Part shown: in pieces, positions 1-10,125 of the stretch
How the letters are laid out: each line of letters begins with the position of its first letter
How positions within the stretch are numbered: the stretch's first letter is position 1
NCBI GenBank assembly: GCA_043797085.1
Contig: JAZDQA010000009.1
Location: 1-64,000, forward strand
Reading direction: 5' to 3'
DNA: 64,000 nt
Source of the DNA: Pseudomonadota bacterium
Lineage (GTDB): Bacteria > Campylobacterota > Campylobacteria > Campylobacterales > Sulfurimonadaceae
Notes under the pieces: model-generated
The model's database searches: none
Told to the model about the DNA's origin: nothing
Seen by the model: only the letters and a program-made list of their open reading frames with translations
Made by a program: the position numbers and the translations under genes

Positions 1-106
1 GCCCTGAAGAAAGTTTTGCCAATGAACTGTCCAAATTACGGTTGTTCATTAAAGCATTTGTATGCGAGTTCATTGCCGCAATGTTTGTGTTTATTCTAAA
101 TCCCAT
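1..106 (-). CDS. Flagellin, N-terminal part (runs off window start)
   Basis: Minus strand from ATG at 106 reads [35 protein letters not shown], a flagellin N-terminus. SD AAAAGGA lies upstream. Divergent from topA; not in ORF track. Confidence 0.93.
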   Translation of the reverse strand, partial: MGFRINTNIAAMNSHTNALMNNRNLDSSLAKLSSG

Positions 107-146
107 GATAAATCCTTTTATGGTTAGAGCATTCGCTCTGAAGTTT

Positions 147-160
147 CAGCGTCCTTGCTG
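147..160 (-). promoter_or_regulatory. Candidate CsrA-binding hairpin in flagellin 5' UTR
   Basis: Minus strand CAGC-AAGGAC-GCTG places an ANGGA motif in a hairpin loop; a second GGA is in the SD. Confidence 0.6.
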
Positions 161-169
161 GTACAGACT

Positions 170-196
170 ATATCGGAAGATAAAAAAGAAACTTTA
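170..196 (-). promoter_or_regulatory. Sigma-28 (FliA) promoter of flagellin
   Basis: Minus strand TAAAGTTT-N11-TCCGATAT matches the extended sigma-28 consensus TAAAGTTT-N11-GCCGATAA. Confidence 0.85.
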
Positions 197-258
197 GCAG
201 TTTTGCAATTTTTTTTGTTACACTTTCGGTATTCATCCATATTATAGGATTCAGCACT

Positions 259-2478
259 TTGAAATTAATTATTGTAGAGTCTCCGGCAAAAGCCAAGACT
301 ATAAAAAACTTCCTCTCCAATGACTATGAGGTTATCGCATCCAAAGGGCATATACGAGATCTTCCAAAAGCCCGCTTCGGGATAAAGATCGATAACGAGA
401 CCATTATTCCTGATTATAAAATCAGTGAAGACAGTACCGCAATCGTCAAACAGATCCAAGAGTTGGCGAAAAAAGCCGACACCGTGTACCTCGCGACCGA
501 CGAAGACCGCGAAGGAGAAGCAATCGGCTGGCACATCGCCCACGCTATTGGTAAAGATCCCGAATCACTGCCGCGCATTGTGTTTCATGAGATTACCAAA
601 AATGCCATCATCCATGCACTGGAAACTCCTAGGACGCTGGACATGGACAGAGTCAATGCTCAACAAGCGCGCCGTTTACTCGACCGTATTGTAGGATACA
701 AGCTCTCTCCGCTGCTTGCCTCTAAAATCCAAAAAGGGTTATCTGCAGGACGGGTTCAATCCTCAACCCTTAAAATTGTTGTTGACCGCGAGCGTGAAAT
801 CCGTGCTTTTATCCCTGAAGAATATTGGACAATTGATACTCTGTTCAAAACCGATATTGACGCGACATTGGTACAATTTGAAAACGAAAAAATCGATAAA
901 CTCACCATTAAAACAGGGGATGAAGCATCACGTGTTGTTGGTATCTTAAAAGATGAAGCGTTTAAAGTCGGCGAGATCGAAACAAAAGAGCGTAAATCTT
1001 CTACCCCTCCTCCGTTTATGACCTCAACGATTCAACAAACAGCATCTTCACAGCTCGGTTTCTCTCCGAAAAAGACGATGATGGTGGCGCAAGCACTGTA
1101 CGAAGGGGTAAAAACACCGGAGGGAACATCAGGAGTTATCACCTATATGCGTACCGACTCACTCAACCTTGCGGCCGAAGCGGTTGAATCTGCACGCGAG
1201 CTAATTCTTAGCCGTTACGGTAAAGCGTATTTGCCTGAAAATCCAAAAGTCTATACGAAAAAATCCAAAGGGGCTCAAGAAGCACACGAAGCAATCCGCC
1301 CAACGATGCTTGCCTTCACTCCCGAAATTGCCGCGACCTATCTCAAGCCTGATGAGATCAAACTGTATAAACTCATCTACAACCGCTTTATCGCATGTCA
1401 AATGAATGATGCCCGTTTTGAGCAACAAAGTATCACCTTTGAGAGTCCAAAAGCCCAGTTTCGTGCCACAGGGCGCAAGCTTTTATTTGATGGATTTTAC
1501 CGTGTAACCGGAAGCGATGATAAAGACAAGCTTCTCCCTACCCTTACCACCGGTGACGCTATTGATATTCAAAGTATTTCTACCGAGCAACATTTCACCG
1601 AGCCGCCTTCACGCTATTCGGAAGCCAGCCTCATCAAAAAGCTGGAATCCGAGGGAATCGGGCGACCATCAACGTATGCCCCTACCGTTTCAACGCTCCA
1701 AGCGCGTAACTACATCGAAATCGAAAAGCGTGCCATTACCCCCACTGAAATCGCCTTTACGGTGACCGAGCTGTTGGAAAAACATTTCGAAGAGATTGTA
1801 GATTCTTCTTTTACCGCAAGTATGGAAGAGACGTTGGATGAAATCGGCGAAGAGGGGAAATCATGGCACAAAATCATTCTTGATTTTTATCATCCCTTTA
1901 TGGCAAAAATAGAAGCAGGAAAAGCAGACATTGTAAGTCTTAAAATCGCTACTCCACTAGGACGAAACTGTCCGCAGTGCGGAAGCGAGCTTCTCCTTCG
2001 TTCAGGACGTTTTGGTGAGTTTATCGCGTGCAGCGGTTTCCCAAAATGTAAATATACCGAACAAACCGAAGAGAGCCAAAAAGCCAATCCAACCACTCCC
2101 GATGAGCTCAGCGAAGAGAAGTGCGAAAAATGCGGAAGCGCTATGGTCATTAAAAGCGGTCGAAACGGTCAATTTTTGGCATGCAGCGCCTATCCTGAGT
2201 GTAAAAATACCAAAACACTTAACCAAGAGACCAAATTTTCCGAAGTTCCTTGCCCTGATTGTGGCGGAAAGCTGATGTGGAGACAATCCCGTCGCGGAGC
2301 ATTTTGGGGGTGTGAAGCGTATCCAAAATGTAAATTTATTTCCAAATTTGAACCAAGCCTTCACAAATGTGAAGTTGAGGGTTGCGGCGGTGCGCTGGCT
2401 CCAAGAACCTACCGCAATAAAGAAGTTTTTGAGTGTACCAAATGTAAAAACAGAACACCCAATGAGTCTGCTGAATGA
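259..2478 (+). CDS. topA: DNA topoisomerase I
   Basis: IIVESPAKAKTI TOPRIM start, DEDREGE, ITYMRTD active site, C-terminal C4 zinc ribbons. Confidence 0.98.
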   Translation: MKLIIVESPAKAKTIKNFLSNDYEVIASKGHIRDLPKARFGIKIDNETIIPDYKISEDSTAIVKQIQELAKKADTVYLATDEDREGEAIGWHIAHAIGKDPESLPRIVFHEITKNAIIHALETPRTLDMDRVNAQQARRLLDRIVGYKLSPLLASKIQKGLSAGRVQSSTLKIVVDREREIRAFIPEEYWTIDTLFKTDIDATLVQFENEKIDKLTIKTGDEASRVVGILKDEAFKVGEIETKERKSSTPPPFMTSTIQQTASSQLGFSPKKTMMVAQALYEGVKTPEGTSGVITYMRTDSLNLAAEAVESARELILSRYGKAYLPENPKVYTKKSKGAQEAHEAIRPTMLAFTPEIAATYLKPDEIKLYKLIYNRFIACQMNDARFEQQSITFESPKAQFRATGRKLLFDGFYRVTGSDDKDKLLPTLTTGDAIDIQSISTEQHFTEPPSRYSEASLIKKLESEGIGRPSTYAPTVSTLQARNYIEIEKRAITPTEIAFTVTELLEKHFEEIVDSSFTASMEETLDEIGEEGKSWHKIILDFYHPFMAKIEAGKADIVSLKIATPLGRNCPQCGSELLLRSGRFGEFIACSGFPKCKYTEQTEESQKANPTTPDELSEEKCEKCGSAMVIKSGRNGQFLACSAYPECKNTKTLNQETKFSEVPCPDCGGKLMWRQSRRGAFWGCEAYPKCKFISKFEPSLHKCEVEGCGGALAPRTYRNKEVFECTKCKNRTPNESAE

Positions 2479-2996
2479 AAATCGGTCTTTTGTCCGATAC
2501 CCATTCAAAAGTCGGACGATCTCAAAAAGCCATTAATCGCCTCAAAGCCCATGGAGCAGAATTTCTTATTCATGGCGGAGACATCGTCAAACCTGAAATA
2601 TTAGAACAGCTCAAATCCAGCGGTCTGCGCTACATGGCAGTGTATGGCAACAATGATGCCCATTTGCACGAATACCACGATAAATACAATCTTGTCCAAG
2701 AGCCTCACTATTTTACTCTGGCAGGTGCAAAATGCAAACTTATGCACTTGCCGTTTTACATGAATGCCGATGTAGAAGTGGTCATTTTTGGTCATACTCA
2801 TGTTTTTGAGTGCGATTTTAAAAACAAAACACTTTTTTTAAATCCGGGGGAAGCGTGCGCTCGTGATGAACCGTCTTCATCGTGCGCGATGCTCGATATC
2901 ACCGATACTGCTTTTACCGTTACTCACTATTCGCGAGCTATCGGCAGTGAAGTATTTGAAGAAGCACACTATACTTTTGAAAGAACCAAAAAATAA
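2475..2996 (+). CDS. Metallophosphoesterase, YfcE family
   Basis: SDTH, HGGD, GNND, GHTH and NPG motifs. Confidence 0.9.
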   Translation: MKIGLLSDTHSKVGRSQKAINRLKAHGAEFLIHGGDIVKPEILEQLKSSGLRYMAVYGNNDAHLHEYHDKYNLVQEPHYFTLAGAKCKLMHLPFYMNADVEVVIFGHTHVFECDFKNKTLFLNPGEACARDEPSSSCAMLDITDTAFTVTHYSRAIGSEVFEEAHYTFERTKK

Positions 2997-2998
2997 TA

Positions 2999-3844
2999 AT
3001 GAAAAAAATATTCCTTTGTTCGATTTGTAACATCAACAGCGGTACGTGCAATGAAGATTGCAAATTTTGCAGCCAGAGCGTCAAGTACAAAGCGGACATT
3101 GAACGCTACAAGCAAAAACCGCTAGAGCAAATACTAGATGAAGCACGTCGTCTTGAATCCCTTGGTGCACTGGGCTTTTGTCTTGTCACCGCACAAAAAG
3201 GGCTGGACGATAAAACTCTTGACTTTGTCTGTACCATTGCCACAACATTGCGCCGTGAAGTCCCGCGCCTTCGTCTCATCGCCTGCAATGGAACCGCGAG
3301 CATCGAGCAACTGCAAGAACTGCAAAAATCAGGGATTCACGCCTACAATCACAACCTCGAAACCAGTCGCGAGTTTTACCCGTCAATCTGCACCTCTCAT
3401 CCATGGGACGAGCGCTATGAGACATGTGAAAATGTCAATTCGGTGGGATTAAAACTTATCAGCGGAGGAATTTTTGGAATGGGTGAGACGCAAGACGACC
3501 GTCTAAGTATGCTCCATTCTCTCAAAGCACTTAATCCTGTCTCTGTTCCCTTGAATTTTTACCATCACAATCCTGCATTACCGCTCAACCCAAGCCCTCT
3601 GACCATCGATGAATCACTGGATCTTATTCGACTCTCTCGCACAATTTTGGATAAAGCGGATAGGATTATGATTGCGGGAGGTCGTGAAATCACATTCCGT
3701 GAACGTCAAAATGAAATTTTCCAAGCAGGTGCGAACAGCATCGTTTTGGGCAACTATCTCACTACTGCAGGTCGTGAAGCCCATACTGATTTAGAGATGC
3801 TGCAAGAAATGGGTTTTGAAATTGCATTAACGGCAGAGGCTTAA
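2999..3844 (+). CDS. bioB: Biotin synthase
   Basis: Radical SAM motif CNEDCKFCSQS, YNHNLETS, IAGGRE, GNYLTT. Confidence 0.95.
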   Translation: MKKIFLCSICNINSGTCNEDCKFCSQSVKYKADIERYKQKPLEQILDEARRLESLGALGFCLVTAQKGLDDKTLDFVCTIATTLRREVPRLRLIACNGTASIEQLQELQKSGIHAYNHNLETSREFYPSICTSHPWDERYETCENVNSVGLKLISGGIFGMGETQDDRLSMLHSLKALNPVSVPLNFYHHNPALPLNPSPLTIDESLDLIRLSRTILDKADRIMIAGGREITFRERQNEIFQAGANSIVLGNYLTTAGREAHTDLEMLQEMGFEIALTAEA

Positions 3845-3870
3845 AAGATTTCTTGCGTGTTTTATATAAA

Positions 3871-3947
3871 GTGCAGTCTTCTGCACGTGGGCTTCCTGCC
3901 GAAGGAAACTCAGCGTTAGCGTAGGTGAAGGGATTTTATTCCTTCAC
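3871..3947 (+). repeat. Structured intergenic element, copy A (REP-like)
   Basis: GTGCAG/CTGCAC hairpin; TTCCT-GCCGA-AGGAA stem; CAGCGTTAGCGTAG; GTGAAGGGAT-TTT-ATTCCTTCAC hairpin. Confidence 0.75.
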
Positions 3948-4892
3948 TGTATTAATAATATGGTTCGCAATCGCAAATCCATGATTTAATCCCAATGCAA
4001 TCGAACCGCCTGATTCTTGGGTGATGTCTCCTGCAACAAAAAGTCCTTCGATATTTGTTTCGTAGTTTTCATTATGGACCGGTTTCCCATCTTCCTCTTG
4101 GATACCGCTGCTTTGCAAAAATCCGCTTGGTGTTGTCCCGCCAATCGCATAAACAAGACGATTAAAAAGCTCTGAGGAACCATCTTTAAATATGACTTTA
4201 ACCAATCCTTCTTCACTCTCTAAACCCTCAATCTCAGTGTTTAACAGTGCTCGTACGCATCCGCGCTCAACCGCTTTGGCAATATCGTTTTGATTGGTAG
4301 GATTGGCTCTGCGAAAGGTGCCGCGACGATAACAAATACTCACTTCATTTTTATCGCACAACTCTACTGCGTACTCAATCGCTGAGTCACCTCCACCGAT
4401 GACCATGATTTTTTCTCCCATACTACACGCATCAAGGGTAAAATGAACCTGATTTTTTATACTAGGCGGAATCTTATAATCCGGCTTATTGGGTTTTCCC
4501 ATCCGTCCGATAGTTACCACAACATACTGCGCGTGAATACTCCCTCCCGCAATAAATATCTCAAAACCGTTCTCTTGCTTAACAATTTTTTGAACTTCAC
4601 AGTGGGTACGAAGCTCCATGGCTTCGTTGTCTAAGAGCTGGTCAAAAAAATCAAGAGTACTTTCTTTGGTACCATCCACAAAATAGATGGAACCGTCAAG
4701 CTCTACTTTTTGCCCTTTCCAATCCACATCTACCCGCTTATTGTCTTTATAAAATTTCCGAATGGTTGCATTGTGGTTTTCGTCTTTTTCAAGCAAGACT
4801 ATTCCGCGCATTCCCAAAGCATAACTCTCAATGGCGCTTGCAATTCCTGCTGGACCCGCACCAATAATAGCTAATTCGTATGCATTCTCCAT
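3936..4892 (-). CDS. FAD/NAD(P)-dependent oxidoreductase (thioredoxin reductase-like fold)
   Basis: GAGPAG, GGGDSA and LFVAGD motifs; no CxxC. Confidence 0.85.
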   Translation of the reverse strand: MENAYELAIIGAGPAGIASAIESYALGMRGIVLLEKDENHNATIRKFYKDNKRVDVDWKGQKVELDGSIYFVDGTKESTLDFFDQLLDNEAMELRTHCEVQKIVKQENGFEIFIAGGSIHAQYVVVTIGRMGKPNKPDYKIPPSIKNQVHFTLDACSMGEKIMVIGGGDSAIEYAVELCDKNEVSICYRRGTFRRANPTNQNDIAKAVERGCVRALLNTEIEGLESEEGLVKVIFKDGSSELFNRLVYAIGGTTPSGFLQSSGIQEEDGKPVHNENYETNIEGLFVAGDITQESGGSIALGLNHGFAIANHIINTVKE

Positions 4893-5030
4893 CCGCGCTC
4901 CTCTATTTTTCTTTATACTTTATCATAAAGAGCTCTAAAATTTGATTTAATTTAGATATTTATTCACTATTTAATCACATTTACACGATACTATTACTAA
5001 TATAAACCATTGTCGTAAGGAGACATCACT

Positions 5031-6185
5031 ATGAATAAAATTACTCTTTCAGTATTACTTGCAGCTACTTTGGTTAGCGCAAGCGATTTTAACTACGAAG
5101 TAACTCCGGTTGCTGGGTATGTTTGGAATAAAGAATATGGTGACAAAACAGGAGCAATGGGCGGTATTGAGAATCATACCGTTTATGGTGTTGAAGCGCA
5201 GTTTAATGCTCTCGAAGTTGCTGGCATTAAACCTGAAATTAGTGTACTGTATGGTGAAGATAAAATTACTGGAAAACCAGAATCTCAAATCTTCACAGGA
5301 ATGATAAATGGTGTTTATGACATTAATACCAACACAGCAGTTACCCCTTTCGTGAAGGCTGGTATCGGATATGAGGCCGAAAAAGGTACATTAGCTAAAG
5401 GATATAACGGAATTTTAGTGGATGCAGGAGTGGGTCTTAAAGCAGATTTGACGAAACGAATCGCTCTCAAACTTGAAAGCATCTATTTCTTAAAAAGAAA
5501 CAATGGGAATAATGTTCCAGAAGAAGGTGCTATTCACAATGTTGCTGCATTAGCAGGTTTGACGTTTAACTTTGATGAAAAAGCAGCGCCGGTTGTTGCA
5601 GCAGTTGCGGCTCCGGTAATCGCTGCGGTAGTAGCAGAAGAACCAAAACCTGCTCCAGTTGTTGCAGCTCCTGTTGTTGCAGCTCCTGTTGTGACTCCAG
5701 AGCCAGTTCCTGTTGTTGCAGCTCCAGTTGTTGTTCCTGTTGTAGCTGCAGTTTGTCCTATTGACAGTGACAAAGATGGTGTATTTGATCCTCAAGACAA
5801 ATGTCCTAATACTCCTTCAGGATTTAAAGTAGATGCTACTGGTTGTCCTCTGACAGCAACACTTCATGTTAATTTTCAAACAAATTCTAATAACGTTAAA
5901 TTAAATGGTGCAAGAGAAGTTACTGAATTTGCACAGTTTTTAAAAGATAACACAGCATACAATGCAAGCATAGTTGGTCACACAGATTCAACAGCTTCAA
6001 ATGCACATAACCAAAAACTTTCAGAAAAACGTGCAGCTACTGTTAAAGCAATGCTTATTAAAGAAGGCGTTGATGCAAAACGTTTGACTGCATCAGGCAA
6101 AGGTGAAACTAGCCCTATCGCAACTAATAAAACAAAAGAAGGCCGTGCTGAAAACCGCCGTATCGAAGTAGAACTTTCTCACTAA
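5031..6185 (+). CDS. OmpA family outer membrane protein (CadF/OprF-like)
   Basis: Signal peptide, beta-barrel, Ala/Pro/Val linker, DSDKDGVFD...C repeat, OmpA_C motifs GHTDS/NQKLSEKRA/NRRIE. Confidence 0.92.
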   Translation: MNKITLSVLLAATLVSASDFNYEVTPVAGYVWNKEYGDKTGAMGGIENHTVYGVEAQFNALEVAGIKPEISVLYGEDKITGKPESQIFTGMINGVYDINTNTAVTPFVKAGIGYEAEKGTLAKGYNGILVDAGVGLKADLTKRIALKLESIYFLKRNNGNNVPEEGAIHNVAALAGLTFNFDEKAAPVVAAVAAPVIAAVVAEEPKPAPVVAAPVVAAPVVTPEPVPVVAAPVVVPVVAAVCPIDSDKDGVFDPQDKCPNTPSGFKVDATGCPLTATLHVNFQTNSNNVKLNGAREVTEFAQFLKDNTAYNASIVGHTDSTASNAHNQKLSEKRAATVKAMLIKEGVDAKRLTASGKGETSPIATNKTKEGRAENRRIEVELSH

Positions 6186-6199
6186 GTTTTACCTTCCAT

Positions 6200-6222
6200 T
6201 TTCCCGCTTCGGCGGAAATTTA
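6200..6222 (+). terminator. Probable intrinsic terminator
   Basis: TTTCCCGC-TTCG-GCGGAAA hairpin followed by a pyrimidine-rich tract after the first ompA-like gene. Confidence 0.55.
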
Positions 6223-6311
6223 CTTCTCTTCTCAATATTTATTCATTTATCCCACAAAAAACTTATTTTTCTCCTGTAAAATTTATTTTATTCCAATCAG
6301 GGGGTTATAGT

Positions 6312-7349
6312 ATGAAGAAGATTCTACTTTCGGTATTTTTAGCTGCGGCAGTGAGTGCAAGTGAATACAATTATGAAGTTAGTGCAATGGGGGGTGAGGG
6401 ATTTTCTAATAACTCTCAAGAGCTTAAAGATCATACTGTTTATGGAGCAGAAATTCAATTGAATGACTTAGATATTGGGGTAAAGCCAGAACTATCCATT
6501 TTCTATAGTAATGCTGATTACAATGGGCGAGGGGATACTAATATTTTTAGAAGTGCGCTTAGTGGTATTTATGAATTTGAAAAAAGTAATAGTATTACTC
6601 CTTTTGTAAAAGCCGGAGTCGGCTATGAGACGATGAGTAACCATCAGTACGATAACCATGACAGTCCGTTTGCTGATGCAGGAGCAGGAGTAAAAATTGC
6701 TTTGCTAGAGCAACTTTCCCTCAAACTTGAAGTAATTAATATGCTCAAGTTCAATAGTTCCAATTGGGACAACAATCTGCTTCTTCTGGCAGGACTTAAT
6801 TTCGCTTTTGGTGAAAAAATGCAGCCTATCGCATCTGTGGCAGCTCCTGCTGTAGAAGCACCTGTCATATTAGATGAACCAAAAGAAAATCTTACGCCAG
6901 TGATTGCAGCTGCGACTTACCCTATTGATAGCGATAAAGATGGTGTATTTGATCCTCAAGACAAATGCCCAAATACACCTTCCGGTTTCAAAGTGGCCGG
7001 TGATGGCTGTCCCTTAACTGCAAAACTTCACATAACTTTCGCTACGGATTCAAATTCAGTAGATAAAGGTGGAACAGACAAAATTTCTGAATTTGCTGCA
7101 TTTATGGAAGAAAGTCCTGCTTACCAAGCAAGTATCATAGGTCATACAGATGCTACCGGCTCAGTTGCTTACAACCAAAAGCTTTCGGAAAAACGTGCTG
7201 AGACCATTAAAGATGTCCTTGTTAAAGACGGTGTTGAAGCAGATCGCTTAACGACATCAGGCAAAGGCGAAATGAGTCCTGTATCTTCCAATAAAACGCC
7301 TCAAGGTCGTACAGAAAACCGCCGTATAGAAGTAGAACTTAGCGACTAA
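6312..7349 (+). CDS. OmpA family outer membrane protein, paralogue 2
   Basis: Same architecture as 5031..6185 with a shorter linker. Confidence 0.92.
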   Translation: MKKILLSVFLAAAVSASEYNYEVSAMGGEGFSNNSQELKDHTVYGAEIQLNDLDIGVKPELSIFYSNADYNGRGDTNIFRSALSGIYEFEKSNSITPFVKAGVGYETMSNHQYDNHDSPFADAGAGVKIALLEQLSLKLEVINMLKFNSSNWDNNLLLLAGLNFAFGEKMQPIASVAAPAVEAPVILDEPKENLTPVIAAATYPIDSDKDGVFDPQDKCPNTPSGFKVAGDGCPLTAKLHITFATDSNSVDKGGTDKISEFAAFMEESPAYQASIIGHTDATGSVAYNQKLSEKRAETIKDVLVKDGVEADRLTTSGKGEMSPVSSNKTPQGRTENRRIEVELSD

Positions 7350-7367
7350 GCTTTACTTTCTTCTTTA

Positions 7368-7395
7368 TAATATTCCCGTTAAGGCGGGAATATTA
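7368..7395. terminator. Bidirectional terminator between convergent genes
   Basis: TAATATTCCCGT-TAAG-GCGGGAATATTA. Confidence 0.7.
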
Positions 7396-7401
7396 AACTT
7401 T

Positions 7402-7935
7402 TTACTTTTTAACTTTACTGTTAAATTTCCCCACAAATTTTTCAATCTTCGGCGTGATAACTGCGTAACAATATCCTTGTGTCGGATGCTCACTGTAATA
7501 ATTTTGATGATACGCTTCCGCCTCAAAGAATTCAGGAGCAGGAGAAAGTTCCGTAACGATTTTATCGTCGAAGTTTTTTTGTGCTTGGGCCATTGAGAGA
7601 ATGGCTTTTGCTTTTTGATCCTCATTGTAATAATAAATTACCGAACGGTATTGTGTTCCCTGATCGGCACCTTGAGCGTTCAATGTTGTAGGATTATGAA
7701 TCGTCCAAAATATTTCTAAAATTTCTTCATAGGTAATAATTTCAGAATCAAATGTAATTTCAACCACTTCCACATGTCCGCTTACTCCCGTACACACTTG
7801 CTCGTAGCTTGGGTTAGGTCGCAATCCTCCTGCATAACCGCTAATAGAGCGTTCAACACCCTTAACGCGATTATAAACCGCTTCTACACACCAAAAACAT
7901 CCACCGCCCAATAAGGCTTTTTCTAAGGTTGCCAT
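7402..7935 (-). CDS. msrA: Peptide methionine sulfoxide reductase A
   Basis: GGGCFWC, GTQYRS, AEAYHQNYY. Confidence 0.97.
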   Translation of the reverse strand: MATLEKALLGGGCFWCVEAVYNRVKGVERSISGYAGGLRPNPSYEQVCTGVSGHVEVVEITFDSEIITYEEILEIFWTIHNPTTLNAQGADQGTQYRSVIYYYNEDQKAKAILSMAQAQKNFDDKIVTELSPAPEFFEAEAYHQNYYSEHPTQGYCYAVITPKIEKFVGKFNSKVKK

Positions 7936-8027
7936 ACTCTTTCCTTTGATTGCTAATTAATGTTACGTAACTCTACAGTAATGATTCCGTCATATACTTT
8001 TAAAAATACGATAAGGAGGAAATACCT

Positions 8028-8108
8028 ATGGAAAAAATAAGCTCATTGGAAAAAGCACTGCTTAAAAAACTGCGTCATTCGAAACGTGCGAACTGGATGG
8101 TTGGCTAA
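8028..8108 (+). CDS. Putative 26-aa basic small protein
   Basis: AAGGAGGA SD 7 nt before ATG; reads MEKISSLEKALLKKLRHSKRANWMVG; below ORF-track cutoff. Confidence 0.5.
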   Translation: MEKISSLEKALLKKLRHSKRANWMVG

Positions 8109-8214
8109 CTCTTCTTTGCTCATAATGAGCAATCCTCACTCTTTATTTCTTCGTTCATTTCTCCTTGATTAACATCCCTATGGCATACTATGTGAAAAAG
8201 AATAGAGGTTTATA

Positions 8215-8880
8215 ATGCTCTATGCTCTGATGGTCGAGGATGATCCCGACATTACTACACTATTGGTCAATTATCTCAAGAAATACGATATTATCGTAAC
8301 AGCCGCATCGACACCCTCTGCCGGACTTACCATACTAGATACCAATGATTTTAATCTTATTATATTGGATTTAACTCTTCCTCAGATGGATGGGCTAGAA
8401 TTATGTAAACAGATTCGTTCAAAAACTGATATTCCCATCATTATTTCAAGCGCACGAAGTGACATCAACGATAAAGTAATCGGACTCCAATATGGCGCAG
8501 ATGATTATCTTCCAAAACCCTATGAACCAAAAGAACTTATCGCACGAATAAAAAGTGTTCTACGACGATATCACCCGACAACCATCAAAAAAAACGTTAT
8601 CTTTGAATTGCGCCAATCGGAGCAAATTATTCTGCACAATGACGTTCCTCTCTCTTTGACACGTGCCGAATATGATATCCTTGCACTATTTTTACTCAAT
8701 ACCAATCAAACCCTCAGTCGCGATTTTCTTTCCAATAATTCTGACGTAATATCCGATGAGAGTTCTGGTCGAAGCATTGATGTCATTATTAGACGTCTTC
8801 GTCAAAAAATCGAAACAGATCCAAAAAATCCTCGTCATATTCACTCTATACGCGGCAGTGGATACCAATTTACGGGGTGA
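8215..8880 (+). CDS. OmpR-family response regulator
   Basis: Receiver (EDD, LDLTLP, KPY) plus winged helix (IRRLRQKIE, RGSGY). Confidence 0.95.
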   Translation: MLYALMVEDDPDITTLLVNYLKKYDIIVTAASTPSAGLTILDTNDFNLIILDLTLPQMDGLELCKQIRSKTDIPIIISSARSDINDKVIGLQYGADDYLPKPYEPKELIARIKSVLRRYHPTTIKKNVIFELRQSEQIILHNDVPLSLTRAEYDILALFLLNTNQTLSRDFLSNNSDVISDESSGRSIDVIIRRLRQKIETDPKNPRHIHSIRGSGYQFTG

Positions 8881-8883
8881 TCT

Positions 8884-10125
8884 ATGGGACACAGTATTTT
8901 TATAAAAATAACTTTATTTTTCCTTATCACCTTTATTGCAATGGGAATCGGATTTAATGCCATTTACTCTCAGCTGAATCGTGATCATGATCAACGTTTA
9001 CAAACTGAAGCGCAAACGCTACTTCTGCTGCTTCGTCAAAGTATCTTTCTCCCTGCTGACATTCGAAAAACATTTTTAGTCGAACGCGGCTATGAAATTA
9101 CAACACCGAATCCTGTACTCATCAGTACATTAGAAAATGCTTTTACTCTTATTCCTAAAAACTATCCCAAAGAGATACAAGATTCTCTGAAAGAAGGTCG
9201 CATACGAATACTAAAAGATGACCATAATCTTTATGTTTATCTTACTAAAGCAAAGCCGCCGCTCCTTGTAATCAAGGTCGGTGCTGCAGAAAAATCATTT
9301 TGGTCGGAAACGCTGCTTATCATTCTTTTCCTTTCCCTTTTACTTTTTTATCTGCTGATTATCAAAACTCTTTTTCCTCTAAAGAAGCTTATGCATACCA
9401 TCAAAAAATACGAAAAAGAGGGAGAATACACACCAATCAAAGCCCTAAAAAAAGATGAAATTGCTTTAGTGGCAAATGCCTTGGATTCAGCGATGCATAA
9501 AAATCACTCTCTTTTGGAAGCACGACGTCTTTTTTTACGTAATATCATGCATGAACTCAAAACCCCTATTACCGTAGGGAAACTCTCCTTGCCCTTTTTG
9601 AAAAAAGGGGAAGAGAAATCCATTCTCGAACGGGCATTTTTTCGGATGGAACATCTGATTCAAGAGCTGGTACGCGTCGAACAAATCACATCCGGAATGA
9701 TCTCACCTACACCCAAAGAGTGTGACCCCATAGCCTTGATCCATAAAGCTGCCGGTCTACTCTTTATTGAGCTCGATACATTAACCATTACAAGCGATGG
9801 AGGGTTAATTGAAGTTGACTGTGATGTCTTTGTTACAGTATTTAAAAATTTCATCGATAATGCGATTAAATACAGTCCTGACAAGCACGTAAAAATCATC
9901 CACGATAAAGGGACGATCACCTTTGTAAATCGCGGTGATCCCTGGCCTACCGGTCGTACTTTAGAATCTTTAACGGAGCCTTTTTCACAAAATCATTCAT
10001 CGAACCAAGGATTCGGACTTGGACTTTATATTATCAAGTCGATTCTGGATGCTCACGATTTGCGTCTGTCGCATCAATTTGTTTCCGGAGAACATTTTTT
10101 CTCCATTCATTTTCAACACGATTAA
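8884..10125 (+). CDS. Sensor histidine kinase (ArsS/RacS-like)
   Basis: Two TMs, HAMP-like region, H-box MHELKTP, NAIKYS, GFGLGL. Confidence 0.93.
   Translation: MGHSIFIKITLFFLITFIAMGIGFNAIYSQLNRDHDQRLQTEAQTLLLLLRQSIFLPADIRKTFLVERGYEITTPNPVLISTLENAFTLIPKNYPKEIQDSLKEGRIRILKDDHNLYVYLTKAKPPLLVIKVGAAEKSFWSETLLIILFLSLLLFYLLIIKTLFPLKKLMHTIKKYEKEGEYTPIKALKKDEIALVANALDSAMHKNHSLLEARRLFLRNIMHELKTPITVGKLSLPFLKKGEEKSILERAFFRMEHLIQELVRVEQITSGMISPTPKECDPIALIHKAAGLLFIELDTLTITSDGGLIEVDCDVFVTVFKNFIDNAIKYSPDKHVKIIHDKGTITFVNRGDPWPTGRTLESLTEPFSQNHSSNQGFGLGLYIIKSILDAHDLRLSHQFVSGEHFFSIHFQHD

Noticed and set aside
3871..3947. Known riboswitch or self-cleaving ribozyme
   Set aside because: I could not match the TPP, cobalamin, c-di-GMP-I or hammerhead cores by eye, and the position is 3' of genes. 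An Rfam scan is needed.
8028..8108. LEKALL shared by the small peptide and the MsrA N-terminus
   Set aside because: Six common residues with different codons; likely coincidence.
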